A stretch of 27,742 nt of DNA, taken from IMG/VR virus record IMGVR_UViG_3300014202_000453, positions 1 through 27,742 of that record. One strand, given 5' to 3'. A program made the position numbers and the translations under genes. Under the pieces are notes generated by a model. That model was not told the origin of the DNA. It did not search any database and was given only the letters and a program-made list of their open reading frames with translations. Source of the stretch: a virus. Lineage: Duplodnaviria > Caudoviricetes. This document shows, piece after piece, positions 7,091 to 16,580 of the stretch. Numbering within the stretch: the stretch's first letter is position 1; each line of letters starts with the position of its first letter.

Positions 7091-9102
7091 TCTTTATTCT
7101 TCGCTATCGCTAATCCGACTGCTGCGGTGCCTGCGGCCTTGACTGTGTACTTTAATCCCTGCCTCTGAAGCCACGCCGTCCAGTCCTTCGCATCGTCCAT
7201 TGACAGGTTTTTCAAGACCTGTGTTTTTCCGTTTTGATCTTTGTACGTGACGGTGCGCTTACGTGCCTTGGTTGATAAGCCGGGAGTTGATTCGTTGAGA
7301 GCGTCCAAAGCTCGCCCTGCTGCTTTCCGCACTTTTGGCAGGAATGTTGTTCCGAGCGGGCTTCTGAACTCCTTAACTTGATCCGTGATGGGTTTATCTT
7401 CCTTCCCGGAACTCAGGAAAGTGCGCTTGAATTTACCGGTGCCGACATCTCTGCCAGTAGACTTGTCAGCCGATAATATTTTCATCGGTTTTTCTTCAAT
7501 CGTCCTCGCCCCTGCTGGAATGAAGGATGGTTTCGGTAGCGCTGGCTGCTTTACGAAGTCGCCAACATTGTTCTTGATAAGCGTTTGGAGGGCTTGTTGT
7601 GCCTGAGCGTATGCTGGGCTTTCTTTCGGAATACGGGCTAGAATCAGTTTCTTTACCGGATTCGCAATGTAATTGGCCTGCATTATGTTTGAAACGGCGT
7701 CTCCCGTAACCGCACCTACAATGCTTCCTAACGGGCCTGCCTTTGCTCCCGCCACTGCCCCAATTGTCCTCGCAAAATATCCGCCGAGTCTGCCGCCTTT
7801 CACCGCGTTGCCGTCAATCCTGCGCAGGCTGTCGAGCGCATCATAGTGATCGCCCAAAATTGAATTGAACATTCGTATGTCCGCTTCAGGGATATTGTCT
7901 TCAATGAGGTCTTTAGCGACTCTGCCGAAGTTGTAATTTATGTCGCTGGAAAACGCGGGCCTCGTTGCATCAAAAACCTTGCTCTGCTTCCACTGGCCGC
8001 GCTTAATAAGGTTCGACTGGCTCAAGGTTATCTGATCGCCAAATTGCTGTTTGAATTCATTGATCAGCCGGTCAACCTCTTTATTCATGTTGCTCATCTC
8101 GCCGCTTGCTTTGTTGGATGAAGATGCAAGCCGTGATTTTACCCGTGCGCCAAGCTGGTTAAGCGGGATGTACTGATCTGCCCTTAAATAACGGTCTTTT
8201 TCTTGCAAAATTCCATCAAACACTTCTTCAAGCGTATCGGCGTCCTGACTGACCTTTTGCATTACCGGCTGTGAATTTATCTTCCCGTTTTCAATATCAA
8301 TAATATCGCCGCGCTCAGCTAAGAAGCGAGATGGGTTCTTACCGGCCCGCTCACTCTTCACGAATCCCTTTTTAGCGGCTTTCGTGCTGGTAAACACCTC
8401 GTCGTATTTTTGAGCAAGTTTTTCCACTTCCTTTTTGACGAGCGATTGTGTGACGTTTGACTTAATAGAGGGAGCCGCGCCTTTGAGCCCTTTAACCACG
8501 TCTATTGCTCCTCCGATGGCAGGAATCCCGGCTCCAATGGCCGTACCGAGTCCAGGTTTGAGAATATCCGTACCCGACTTTCCCTGATTGAGATTGGATG
8601 CAACGTCTGAGGCATACCCTGATGCTGCCCCTGCCGCGATTTTTGCGCCTCGTGTCGCTACCTTTGCGGCTGTTGAGGCCAGAGGACCGGCTTTCGGGAT
8701 TGTGGGCGCCGCAAGATATGTAGCGCTGCTGAGCGCATCTGCTGCCACCTGCTTTGCTCCTTCCACGCCTGACTTTTGGGCGGGAATGTTGAAATCGCCT
8801 AGCACCGGAATGTTGATGTTGTAGTCCTTCTCCGCGAATTGTTTGCCTTTCTCGCCGCCAAATAAAGCAATGCCGGCCTGGGCTGCGCGAACGCCCGGTT
8901 TAACGATCAACGTCTTTACCGGGTCTTTCACGAGGGACTTTAGGAAACCATCGCCTTTGGGTTGTTCGGCGGTGGGTTGAGTCTGCGGCGGTGGGGCTGC
9001 TGACTTCTGTCGGACAAACTCAACATAGGCATCCTCTTTGGCCTTGTCGTAGCCTCTTGCCCGTGCCTGCATGCGTAATTGTTGTTCTTGCTGTGGGTTC
9101 AT
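7087..9102 (-). CDS. Putative DNA ejection / internal virion protein
   Basis: 671 aa, Ala/Gly/Lys-rich with glycine-zipper-like segments (GTAIGAGIPAIGG, GAVAGAKAGPLGSIVGAVTG); last gene of the tail module. Confidence 0.65.
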   Translation of the reverse strand: MNPQQEQQLRMQARARGYDKAKEDAYVEFVRQKSAAPPPQTQPTAEQPKGDGFLKSLVKDPVKTLIVKPGVRAAQAGIALFGGEKGKQFAEKDYNINIPVLGDFNIPAQKSGVEGAKQVAADALSSATYLAAPTIPKAGPLASTAAKVATRGAKIAAGAASGYASDVASNLNQGKSGTDILKPGLGTAIGAGIPAIGGAIDVVKGLKGAAPSIKSNVTQSLVKKEVEKLAQKYDEVFTSTKAAKKGFVKSERAGKNPSRFLAERGDIIDIENGKINSQPVMQKVSQDADTLEEVFDGILQEKDRYLRADQYIPLNQLGARVKSRLASSSNKASGEMSNMNKEVDRLINEFKQQFGDQITLSQSNLIKRGQWKQSKVFDATRPAFSSDINYNFGRVAKDLIEDNIPEADIRMFNSILGDHYDALDSLRRIDGNAVKGGRLGGYFARTIGAVAGAKAGPLGSIVGAVTGDAVSNIMQANYIANPVKKLILARIPKESPAYAQAQQALQTLIKNNVGDFVKQPALPKPSFIPAGARTIEEKPMKILSADKSTGRDVGTGKFKRTFLSSGKEDKPITDQVKEFRSPLGTTFLPKVRKAAGRALDALNESTPGLSTKARKRTVTYKDQNGKTQVLKNLSMDDAKDWTAWLQRQGLKYTVKAAGTAAVGLAIAKNKD

Positions 9103-9104
9103 AA

Positions 9105-9725
9105 TTATGCGTAGTTTTTAAGCATTGCCAAGGCGGTGTTCATCTCTCCCTTCGGCCCGAAGAAGCGATTCTTGACGGCGCTTTGAACCTGCTTCGTGGA
9201 ACTGGCAAACCGTTTTCCACCGCTCCATCGTTCATCATAGATCGCTCGGATAAGCTGTTCTTCGTTGGCGTTCTTACCGATTTTAGCGAGCGCCTTGGTA
9301 ATCACGTCGGTATTTGGCCCGTGCTGGACTGCGGTGCTGAAGATCACTTCATTCAAGACTGGGCTGTACTTGGTTAGATCATATCCGGCTTTACCTATTT
9401 TAGTGATCTGGGGACTGAGGTGGGTTTGCTTGATGTATTGATCCTGCGCAGCTTCAAATCCCTTGGGGTCCTTCTTGGCAATTTCTTTCCACTTATTCCT
9501 GAACTGGTCGGAATTAAACGCGATTCCCTGGAATTCGCCAGCGTAAGGCGATTGCTTGATGAACCTGTCGGCGTTGTTGTGGGCTAGTTGATATTTGCCG
9601 TAACTCCATCCGCCGGTTGAATCCTTGCCGATAGCGTCTATCCGTCCTCCTGACTCATATTTTGCCGAAAGAGACGGGCCGACGAAGTTTTTATCTCCGG
9701 GCTTCGGCGCTGGCGCTGGCGTTAT
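9105..9725 (-). CDS. Lysozyme-like peptidoglycan hydrolase domain (VgrG3 C-terminal type), probably made as a -1 frameshift extension of the 9722..11362 gene
   Basis: Frame open for 206 codons: ITPAPAPKPG linker, then LSAKYESGG...DSTGGWSYGKYQL...F...W...DPKGFEAAQDQYI...EVIFSTAVQHG...LIRAIYDER. No ATG/GTG/TTG before 9356, which is past the putative catalytic motifs. Confidence 0.8.
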   Translation of the reverse strand: MTPAPAPKPGDKNFVGPSLSAKYESGGRIDAIGKDSTGGWSYGKYQLAHNNADRFIKQSPYAGEFQGIAFNSDQFRNKWKEIAKKDPKGFEAAQDQYIKQTHLSPQITKIGKAGYDLTKYSPVLNEVIFSTAVQHGPNTDVITKALAKIGKNANEEQLIRAIYDERWSGGKRFASSTKQVQSAVKNRFFGPKGEMNTALAMLKNYA

Positions 9726-11362
9726 TTTGGGTTTGCGCCTTCGCTGCCTCCGTATTGGGTTTCAAACTCCTGCATTGTGGACTGGTTCCCAACGTTAATA
9801 ATGTTCTGAAACTTGGTCTGTTTATCACTTAACTCCATAGCCAGGTTGTCGAGTTCGCTTAGAAGCTTATTCTTATCGCCATCTCGCCTGAGAGCCGTAG
9901 CGGAATTGGCAAGCAACTGTTGCTCGGCGTCAGAGATTGCACCTGTTCCTTTCAGCTTTGAAATACTGTCGAGGCTCAAGAGGGCTTTTAATTGATCGAA
10001 TTTGGCCACAAAGTCCCGTGAATTGCCAAATATATTGATCCGAGAACCGATTACCCCTGTAGCGCCGTCTAATCCTTTGTGGGTCTTGAGTTCATTGATC
10101 AGCGAGAGGGCTTTTTGCATTGTTGTTAATCCAGACTCTGCTTGTGCAATCTTTTCCTGTGAGCCTGGAATTACCCCAGCCGCTCCGGCTTTGGTGGTTC
10201 CATATGGAACACCGAGCTTATTGGCTTCTTCAACGCTCAACATGCCGTCTCCATCGCCTTGGGCAATATCACTTAAAAGCTTTTGTATCTGCGCTTCCTT
10301 ATAGGCTTGTTCGTACGGGTCGGCGAATTCTCCCTTACCACTCATCACACGAGCCTCGCCGGTGTTCTTGTCATACCCAATGACTGTGCCATCCGGCGCG
10401 ATCTGCATATTCCAGTCCGGGGGCAGATCAACCTTTATGTTTTTAGTGATAAGCTCTCCGGTGGTTGGATCAATGCCGTAAAACAAGCCCTGCCCGTCTG
10501 CCAATTTTTCAAATTTGTAATCAATCTGCTGGGCCTTCGGCTTCATCGCGTTATAGACGAGTTCGCCAAAGGCTTCATCGTCATATCCGGCTTGACTAAG
10601 CAGGGCGGACTTTTGCTGCGGATTAAGGGATTCAAGTGGAACACCGCTTTTGGCCAACATCTGAAGATCTCCCCGCGCCTTTTCCTGTTCCGCCTGATAG
10701 TCCTCCATCTCCCGGTTGTACTGGCCTAGTGACTCCTCTTTCTTTCGGGCGATTTCGGCACCTGCGCGATCTTCAATGTTCTGCAAAATGGCTTGCACCT
10801 GGGCATTCTTCTGCGCTTCTATGGCTTGCACCTGGCTGGTATTAAACTGTCGTGTTTTCTCGGTCGTGGCCGCGCCGAAATCACTTCCCATAAGTCCTGA
10901 CCGGGCATTTACGGCGCGTGTCTGCCCCATCCGGTCGTCACCGGCCACATTCTCCTGGGAGATCATCGAGGCAAATGAGGCATTGATTGCGTCCACCTGG
11001 GTCTGCATTCGCTTTCGCGTCTCTTCTCGGATTGCGTTCTCGTCTACGGCTTGCAGAACTGGTTTGGTGGATGCCGGGGCTGTCACTGTCGCTGGGGGAG
11101 TGACAGAAGGCGGCAGGGCGGAAGGTGCGGGAATGCTTGTAGGTGTTGGTACTGGTTGGGAAGCAGGCGGAGCGGTTGGGGGGGCTCCTGCGGCGATCTG
11201 TGTCGCTTCATTATTAAGCCCGGTTTGTCCTTTTCCTGCGCCGACGTACCGATAGACTGAACCATCATCAAAACCGTACTGCTGGTCTTGGTTGACGGGT
11301 TTTGTTCCAACGGCTGGACCTCGCGGCATAATGGGGACTGTCGGTTGTACGTATGTTGCCAT
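9722..11362 (-). CDS. Putative DNA ejection / internal virion protein
   Basis: 546 aa; Pro-rich N-terminus, Gln/Ala-rich coiled coils, ARSGLMGS and LKGTGAISDAE segments; lies directly after the tail fibre. Confidence 0.65.
   Translation of the reverse strand: MATYVQPTVPIMPRGPAVGTKPVNQDQQYGFDDGSVYRYVGAGKGQTGLNNEATQIAAGAPPTAPPASQPVPTPTSIPAPSALPPSVTPPATVTAPASTKPVLQAVDENAIREETRKRMQTQVDAINASFASMISQENVAGDDRMGQTRAVNARSGLMGSDFGAATTEKTRQFNTSQVQAIEAQKNAQVQAILQNIEDRAGAEIARKKEESLGQYNREMEDYQAEQEKARGDLQMLAKSGVPLESLNPQQKSALLSQAGYDDEAFGELVYNAMKPKAQQIDYKFEKLADGQGLFYGIDPTTGELITKNIKVDLPPDWNMQIAPDGTVIGYDKNTGEARVMSGKGEFADPYEQAYKEAQIQKLLSDIAQGDGDGMLSVEEANKLGVPYGTTKAGAAGVIPGSQEKIAQAESGLTTMQKALSLINELKTHKGLDGATGVIGSRINIFGNSRDFVAKFDQLKALLSLDSISKLKGTGAISDAEQQLLANSATALRRDGDKNKLLSELDNLAMELSDKQTKFQNIINVGNQSTMQEFETQYGGSEGANPK
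9725..9731 (-). other. -1 ribosomal frameshift slippery heptamer C CCA AAA
   Basis: Reads AAC CCA AAA TAA in the zero frame; X XXY YYZ pattern correctly phased immediately before the stop. Confidence 0.7.
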
Positions 11363-11375
11363 ATAGGGTCTTTAT

Positions 11376-12650
11376 TTAGCGGATTCTTTCTAAAATCGCT
11401 GATTTGAGCGTGACGGTTCCTGATAACGTGCTGACGTTTTGGGATTGTGTCGTAACGACTAAATTCAGAGCGTTGGCGCTGTTCTCGGCTGCGGTTCCTG
11501 AGCCACTGTATGCAATACCCGATACAGAAACGCCGTCTGTAATAGCGCGTATCTGAGCAAAGCCTTCCTGGGTCGTGGCCGCGCCGGTCCCGAGGAGGAC
11601 AAATTCCAGATGCCCTTTACCGTTGGTGATTGAGGTTGTGGCTACGGTCAGCGTTACGACCGTGGTTGAGCCATATTTGAGGCGAAACGTAAACGTGCCG
11701 TTGGAGGTCATGGTAAACGTGTCGAAGTAGATTTTCAGCCGAATCGCGTTGTTGGTTCCCAGAGTCGCGGCGGGAATTGATTTGGTGTACAGCGTGTTTT
11801 CATTCGTATCGGACGGAGAGGTTACGTCGGTGTAGACGACATCCAGTTTCTGGCCAAGGTTTGAGTCTACATACGACTTACTCGCTGCGTCGGTGGAATT
11901 TGTCGGGCTGGCCGGAACGGTTATATCTCCAGTCGCGAGACGACGGGCAAGTTTGTTGGCTGTCGCTGCGGTTGCGGCATCAGCAGCATCAAGCAACTTA
12001 TTTGAGCCAGAAACTGCGGTTCCTGATTGCCCGGCGATGGCTGCTTTTTCATTTGCGGTGGGAAGCCGCGTTCCATACTTGGAAGTCGCCAGCGTGGACG
12101 GATTGATCGCCAATCTTGCGCTTGTGCCACCGGCTGCGGTGTCAGCGTCAATTTCCGCCTGGGTCGCTTCTTCAACAATTCCCTTGACGGTCGTGGATGC
12201 GTTCGCCGCGCCTGCGTTGGCCGTATCTTCAACAAACTTTACGGTTGCCAGTTCATTTGATCCGCTATTCCAGGAAGGGTTTGAGGCGTAAGAGAGCTTG
12301 TTTGGCAGTGTGTCGTCACCATTCAAAATATTTCGCAAGATTGCGAGGATCGGGAAATCAGTAATGACAACTGGCGCACCTCGGCGGTGAGGTTGTTTGT
12401 TTGCTGCAACCTCCGTATTAGGCGCATCGGCATCAATGCCGCGAAAAACGACAGTCGCCGTGTTGCCGGAAATGGTAACGATGGAATCCTCAACGTTTGA
12501 ATTACCAACGTCTATGGTCAATCCGTATAAGCCTGAGAGGGCGTTACCGTCTTCATCGGTGGCGCTTTCCAGGGTGAAACTTGTGCCAGCGGCGGAGAGG
12601 GCAGAGGCCAGGGATGTCTCGAACCGTTTGGTGATTTGGGGGATGTTCAA
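11376..12650 (-). CDS. Tail fibre protein
   Basis: Ala/Thr/Ser-rich; ASTTVKGIVEEAT and DAASKSYVD fibre motifs; beta-rich C-terminal tip. Confidence 0.7.
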   Translation of the reverse strand: MNIPQITKRFETSLASALSAAGTSFTLESATDEDGNALSGLYGLTIDVGNSNVEDSIVTISGNTATVVFRGIDADAPNTEVAANKQPHRRGAPVVITDFPILAILRNILNGDDTLPNKLSYASNPSWNSGSNELATVKFVEDTANAGAANASTTVKGIVEEATQAEIDADTAAGGTSARLAINPSTLATSKYGTRLPTANEKAAIAGQSGTAVSGSNKLLDAADAATAATANKLARRLATGDITVPASPTNSTDAASKSYVDSNLGQKLDVVYTDVTSPSDTNENTLYTKSIPAATLGTNNAIRLKIYFDTFTMTSNGTFTFRLKYGSTTVVTLTVATTSITNGKGHLEFVLLGTGAATTQEGFAQIRAITDGVSVSGIAYSGSGTAAENSANALNLVVTTQSQNVSTLSGTVTLKSAILERIR

Positions 12651-12664
12651 AGTCGTTATGTTAA

Positions 12665-14524
12665 TTATCTATATTTGAGAGGTAATTTTTCTCCATAGGT
12701 AAGGATGTCCATGTAGGTGTATTCCGAAACCGAGACGTAGCCGATTCGCGTGGCAACAAACCTGATTTTGACCTTATCGTACTTGCCCTGGCTGAGTTTG
12801 ATCTGTTTGACGTAGGTGTACACGTTGTCTGTCACTGTCCCGCCGAGAGTGACAGAACCGATGGAAGCGGAGCCGATGATGGGCCTAGCTGAAGTGTCTA
12901 CATTGCTGTCCGTGCCGTTCTGCGTGCCGACCAGCACGAATGCGCCGTTATCAACTGAGAGGTAAATCTGTAGGGTTTGATTGCGTGCAATCTCGCCGCG
13001 TACCCACAGCCGCTTGGTTTTCTTGAGTCCGGCAATCTCATGGCCTGAAAGGCTGCCTTCCCAATAATTGCTTATCTCGCTGCCGTTATCGTCAAACCCG
13101 GAAAACAACTCCATCACGTTATCGGTCAGAGAATCGCCGACGACTAACGCGCCGTTGTATTTGGTCGCGCAGGAAAACGCGTAGTCGAGCCGGTCAAAAC
13201 ACTTGTACTGTTTGTCATAAATAAAAGTGGTGTTGTTGACGGTCGAATCTTTATGGCGGCACTCGAAGAAAATCAGGTCCCCGAACTCGCCGGAAACGCC
13301 TTTATCAAATCGGTAATCGGCGAGATTCAGGGCATCCGATATTTCCTTTGGGACGACAGCCGTGGAACTGCCATTAAGTGTTACAAGTCTGAATTTGGGG
13401 TCTGTCTGGTCTAAATCATCAATGATGTAAATGCCGTCGCCGGTCCCAACGGCTGCTCGCCAATTCGGAATGCCGACATTCTCACGGAAAATGAGGTTCG
13501 TCGCGTTCGTATCGGTCGCGGTGAGGGTTAGCGCCCAGGTCTTTAGCTTATGGAAACAATACTCCGTATCGCCAAAGCTGTGAGCCATCATATTGTCGCC
13601 GCCGCCATCATCCTGCCGGAATACATACCCTTGTCCGGCTGTCCGTGTCGAGGATTTCGTAAAATCCGTGATCCCATTACTGTTTGAATCTTCGTACTGA
13701 TAGTCCGCGACAATTGGATGCGTGTTGCCTGGGGCGGTGCCGAAAGTTATGTCATACGCGCCTGTGGTGTAATTGATCGTGCCTCGCACCACTCCGCTGG
13801 AGTCTTTCAGATTGCCGTTGTAGTCGTCAGTAAGTGTGACAGCGCCGTTGACCTTAATGGTCACGGCAAAGCACGTTCTCAGCGCACTGCCGCCCTTAAA
13901 AGCCAGAGTCCCCGAAAACGTTGTGTCCGAGCCGTCGCCGGTTCCGATGGCTTCTGCGGAAACTGTTGTATAGACCGCCGCATCAATGTACGAGCCATAT
14001 TCACCGGTCTTGTCTTCATTCCGGTAGCGCAGAGTCATGCGGTTATTCGCGATCTTGATATAGCCTTTGAAATTCTTGGCCGGATCAGTGAGGTCGGTGT
14101 ATGAGCCAGGATTTGCGGTCATGATCTTGTACATCCCGGAATTGGGGGAAGAAACAAACATCTGGTTCCCAGCCAGGGAAGCATAATTGGCAAAAGACGC
14201 CTCGTCCGATGCGGCGGCAAGCGGGAAGAGATCGGTGCCAACTTCCACCCAATCACTTGTAATCGTGTCGAAATATTCGAGCTTTCGGCCTCGTTTCCTG
14301 AATAGAATCTGCGTTCCATCCGCCTTAAACGCCGTATGAAGGCCGTCAATGCCGCCAGTTCCGCTCTGCTCCGTGCCGTAAATCTGATGACCAAGCCGAA
14401 GTTCGATCTTGTCGCCGCGTGTTAGCCAATTCAAAGAACGTGAGGCTGCTCCGTCTTCTATGCTGTAATCCTCAATTGAATCTATCAGACCTCTGACAAA
14501 GTTTTTGATGGTCTGGAACCTCAT
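12665..14524 (-). CDS. Tail nozzle / head-stabilisation protein (P22 gp10 / T7 gp12-like)
   Basis: 619 aa, beta-rich; N-terminal NFVRGL...LNW...IELRLG and C-terminal KKTKRLWV...KIRF patterns; follows the adaptor. Confidence 0.7.
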   Translation of the reverse strand: MRFQTIKNFVRGLIDSIEDYSIEDGAASRSLNWLTRGDKIELRLGHQIYGTEQSGTGGIDGLHTAFKADGTQILFRKRGRKLEYFDTITSDWVEVGTDLFPLAAASDEASFANYASLAGNQMFVSSPNSGMYKIMTANPGSYTDLTDPAKNFKGYIKIANNRMTLRYRNEDKTGEYGSYIDAAVYTTVSAEAIGTGDGSDTTFSGTLAFKGGSALRTCFAVTIKVNGAVTLTDDYNGNLKDSSGVVRGTINYTTGAYDITFGTAPGNTHPIVADYQYEDSNSNGITDFTKSSTRTAGQGYVFRQDDGGGDNMMAHSFGDTEYCFHKLKTWALTLTATDTNATNLIFRENVGIPNWRAAVGTGDGIYIIDDLDQTDPKFRLVTLNGSSTAVVPKEISDALNLADYRFDKGVSGEFGDLIFFECRHKDSTVNNTTFIYDKQYKCFDRLDYAFSCATKYNGALVVGDSLTDNVMELFSGFDDNGSEISNYWEGSLSGHEIAGLKKTKRLWVRGEIARNQTLQIYLSVDNGAFVLVGTQNGTDSNVDTSARPIIGSASIGSVTLGGTVTDNVYTYVKQIKLSQGKYDKVKIRFVATRIGYVSVSEYTYMDILTYGEKLPLKYR

Positions 14525-15181
14525 CTACTCAATGTTTAATGTATCTGTGCTCCTTCGCGCCTGTTCTCCATAGGGAGTTGCCCCGCCAATACTTGCCAGC
14601 TTCCATTGGTGGTCCCAATCAATGATGGCGTTCTTGGTGCGCTGATAGAACGCTTCCCATTCGCCGAGCCACGAACGGCCTTTCTCGCCCTGGTCAATGG
14701 CAAACCAGATGCGGGCCATGTGCATTGGGATGATGATGTGTGTACCGGATGGATATTTGAGAACCGTCTGATCGTTTGCGGCAATGGAAGTGCCTTTAGT
14801 GATGTATGGAAAGGTGATCATCGCCCCTGCCGGTGGGGTGCCGGTCAAATGGAATGTCCCGGCGTACAAATTCACGTACCAATAGCCGGTTTCATTCTTA
14901 TACTTTTCACGCTCTTCAAACTCTATGCCGGTGTAGGGTTCAGTGCCAACGTAGATGATGGGGCCGGACGGCACGAGGATGTCTGAGGCTAAATTGTACG
15001 AAGTCGTGTATATGTTGCCACTCTGTACCGTCTGGCTGGTGTCCAGGCGCTTTGAACACTGCAACCGTAGCTCTATTTCAAGCTCGGTCCGGGCCTGTTC
15101 CGCGAGCGAAATCTCGATACCTTGGTCGAGGGAATCGCCAACGAACTCTTCAAATGTGGTGAGGGTTTCGTTTCCGGTCAT
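14525..15181 (-). CDS. Head-tail adaptor (P22 gp4 / T7 gp11-like)
   Basis: 218 aa with helix/beta/helix layout, directly upstream of the nozzle; assignment is largely positional. Confidence 0.6.
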   Translation of the reverse strand: MTGNETLTTFEEFVGDSLDQGIEISLAEQARTELEIELRLQCSKRLDTSQTVQSGNIYTTSYNLASDILVPSGPIIYVGTEPYTGIEFEEREKYKNETGYWYVNLYAGTFHLTGTPPAGAMITFPYITKGTSIAANDQTVLKYPSGTHIIIPMHMARIWFAIDQGEKGRSWLGEWEAFYQRTKNAIIDWDHQWKLASIGGATPYGEQARRSTDTLNIE

Positions 15182-15191
15182 TTAGGTGAGA

Positions 15192-16580
15192 TTATTTGTA
15201 GAAGCTTTCTACCTCGTCAAAATGCGCTCGCTTGCTGAAGTCGCTGTTGATGAGTGGTTCGCCAATACCATCCGGGCCAAACTGCCAGTAATTTACGCCC
15301 TTAATCCAAGACCTGGCTGCAAATGCTCCAAAGGCGTCATTTACGGCCTGTTCAAGCTGCGCGTTCGTACCGCCGCCAATTGTTCCCCATTCTCCGATGA
15401 AGAAATCAGCGTTCGGCCAGACTGCGCGGGCCTCGTCTAGGTCAGTCGCCATTGAATCGCCACCGGATGGGTAGTGATCAATCGTGATGAGGTTGTCCAT
15501 CGCGGCTACGGTTGCAGCTTCGATCTTCGATGTTCCCAAGTGATCAGGATTATTGTTGCCCCACACAAGGAAGCCGTCAAAACCCCAATAGCCGACTTTC
15601 ACATCGGCAATGTCATTGGCTTGGAGTGCAAGTTTTGTGGTCAGCGTGGCAAGGCGCAGCCATTCGTTGAAATCTGCGGTGGAAGAAAATTGGCAATAGC
15701 TTTGCGGGCAATAGGTGACACCGGAGATCCCGCCGTTCTGTGGCTCAGCTTCGGGAGTGAAGATGTCGCCTGCCTGAAGCAAGGCCGGGTAAGTGGCATC
15801 AAGAGCGATGAAATCGGTGATGTTCTTCAGGTGTCTGTAGCCGTCAGGGCTGCGGTGTTTTGAATTGTTATAGTTGCCTTCAAATTTTACGTTCGGGTGA
15901 CGGTGCCAGACTTTTAGGTTATGGGCGCGAATCGAATTCACCCACTTCATTGTGTAATCAATCGCGCTCACATTCTGACCGTTACAGGTCACGTCCTGGT
16001 AAGTGGTGGAAATAGGTATGTGTGTTGCGCCAATCTCCACTGCTCGATCAAGCCAGCTATCAATAAAAGTCTGCGTGTGCTGGTTGCACATCTTGTCTTT
16101 CGTGGCTTTCATCGCGTCAACAGCTTGGATCGGCCACGTTGGTTGGATCGTATCAACGAGAATGGCACTGGTGATGTCTACGGTAAACGCGGAGCCGTGC
16201 CAGAAACGGACATGAAATGTGCCTACGTTCTGGGAGAGATTTAGACCCGCTGATACCCAAGCGGAAAGCGGAATCGTCACAGTCTGAGAGCCGTTCAAAC
16301 AGTTCTGACCGTAATTTGAAAGCGGTACATATTTCCAGCCGTTCTGGTCAAAGATAAGCGCAGAAGCGGTGCCGCCACCAAAGCAGGTGCCGTGCAGGTC
16401 GTAGGTTATGCGTAGGCTCGCCTTATTGGCGATATTACCGACGCTTGGGCCATAAGCCTGAGCATCACCGTTACTACCGGTTAAATGCCAGGGAGAGCTT
16501 ACAAGCTCCGTGTCCGCTGCCGTGACTGGAAGCGGAAAGGCAAGCACTAAGGCTGCCAAAAGACAGAAAAGTTTCTTCAT
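15192..16580 (-). CDS. Secreted glycoside hydrolase-like protein (signal peptide, CBM-like domain, clan GH-A-like TIM barrel)
   Basis: MKKLFCLLAALVLAFPLPVTAA signal peptide; EAEPQ, TIDHYP, FIGEWG and GVNYW resemble GH-A acid/base and nucleophile motifs. Confidence 0.7.
   Translation of the reverse strand: MKKLFCLLAALVLAFPLPVTAADTELVSSPWHLTGSNGDAQAYGPSVGNIANKASLRITYDLHGTCFGGGTASALIFDQNGWKYVPLSNYGQNCLNGSQTVTIPLSAWVSAGLNLSQNVGTFHVRFWHGSAFTVDITSAILVDTIQPTWPIQAVDAMKATKDKMCNQHTQTFIDSWLDRAVEIGATHIPISTTYQDVTCNGQNVSAIDYTMKWVNSIRAHNLKVWHRHPNVKFEGNYNNSKHRSPDGYRHLKNITDFIALDATYPALLQAGDIFTPEAEPQNGGISGVTYCPQSYCQFSSTADFNEWLRLATLTTKLALQANDIADVKVGYWGFDGFLVWGNNNPDHLGTSKIEAATVAAMDNLITIDHYPSGGDSMATDLDEARAVWPNADFFIGEWGTIGGGTNAQLEQAVNDAFGAFAARSWIKGVNYWQFGPDGIGEPLINSDFSKRAHFDEVESFYK

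Noticed and set aside
9105-9356. 83-aa ORF as an independent gene
   Set aside because: Its TTG start lies downstream of the putative catalytic motifs, and the frame is open a further ~370 nt upstream.
9676-9710. Stimulatory hairpin 3' of the slippery site (CGAAG/CTTCG, GCCGA/TCGGC)
   Set aside because: Short and ~16-18 nt downstream, beyond the usual 5-9 nt spacing; not counted as evidence.
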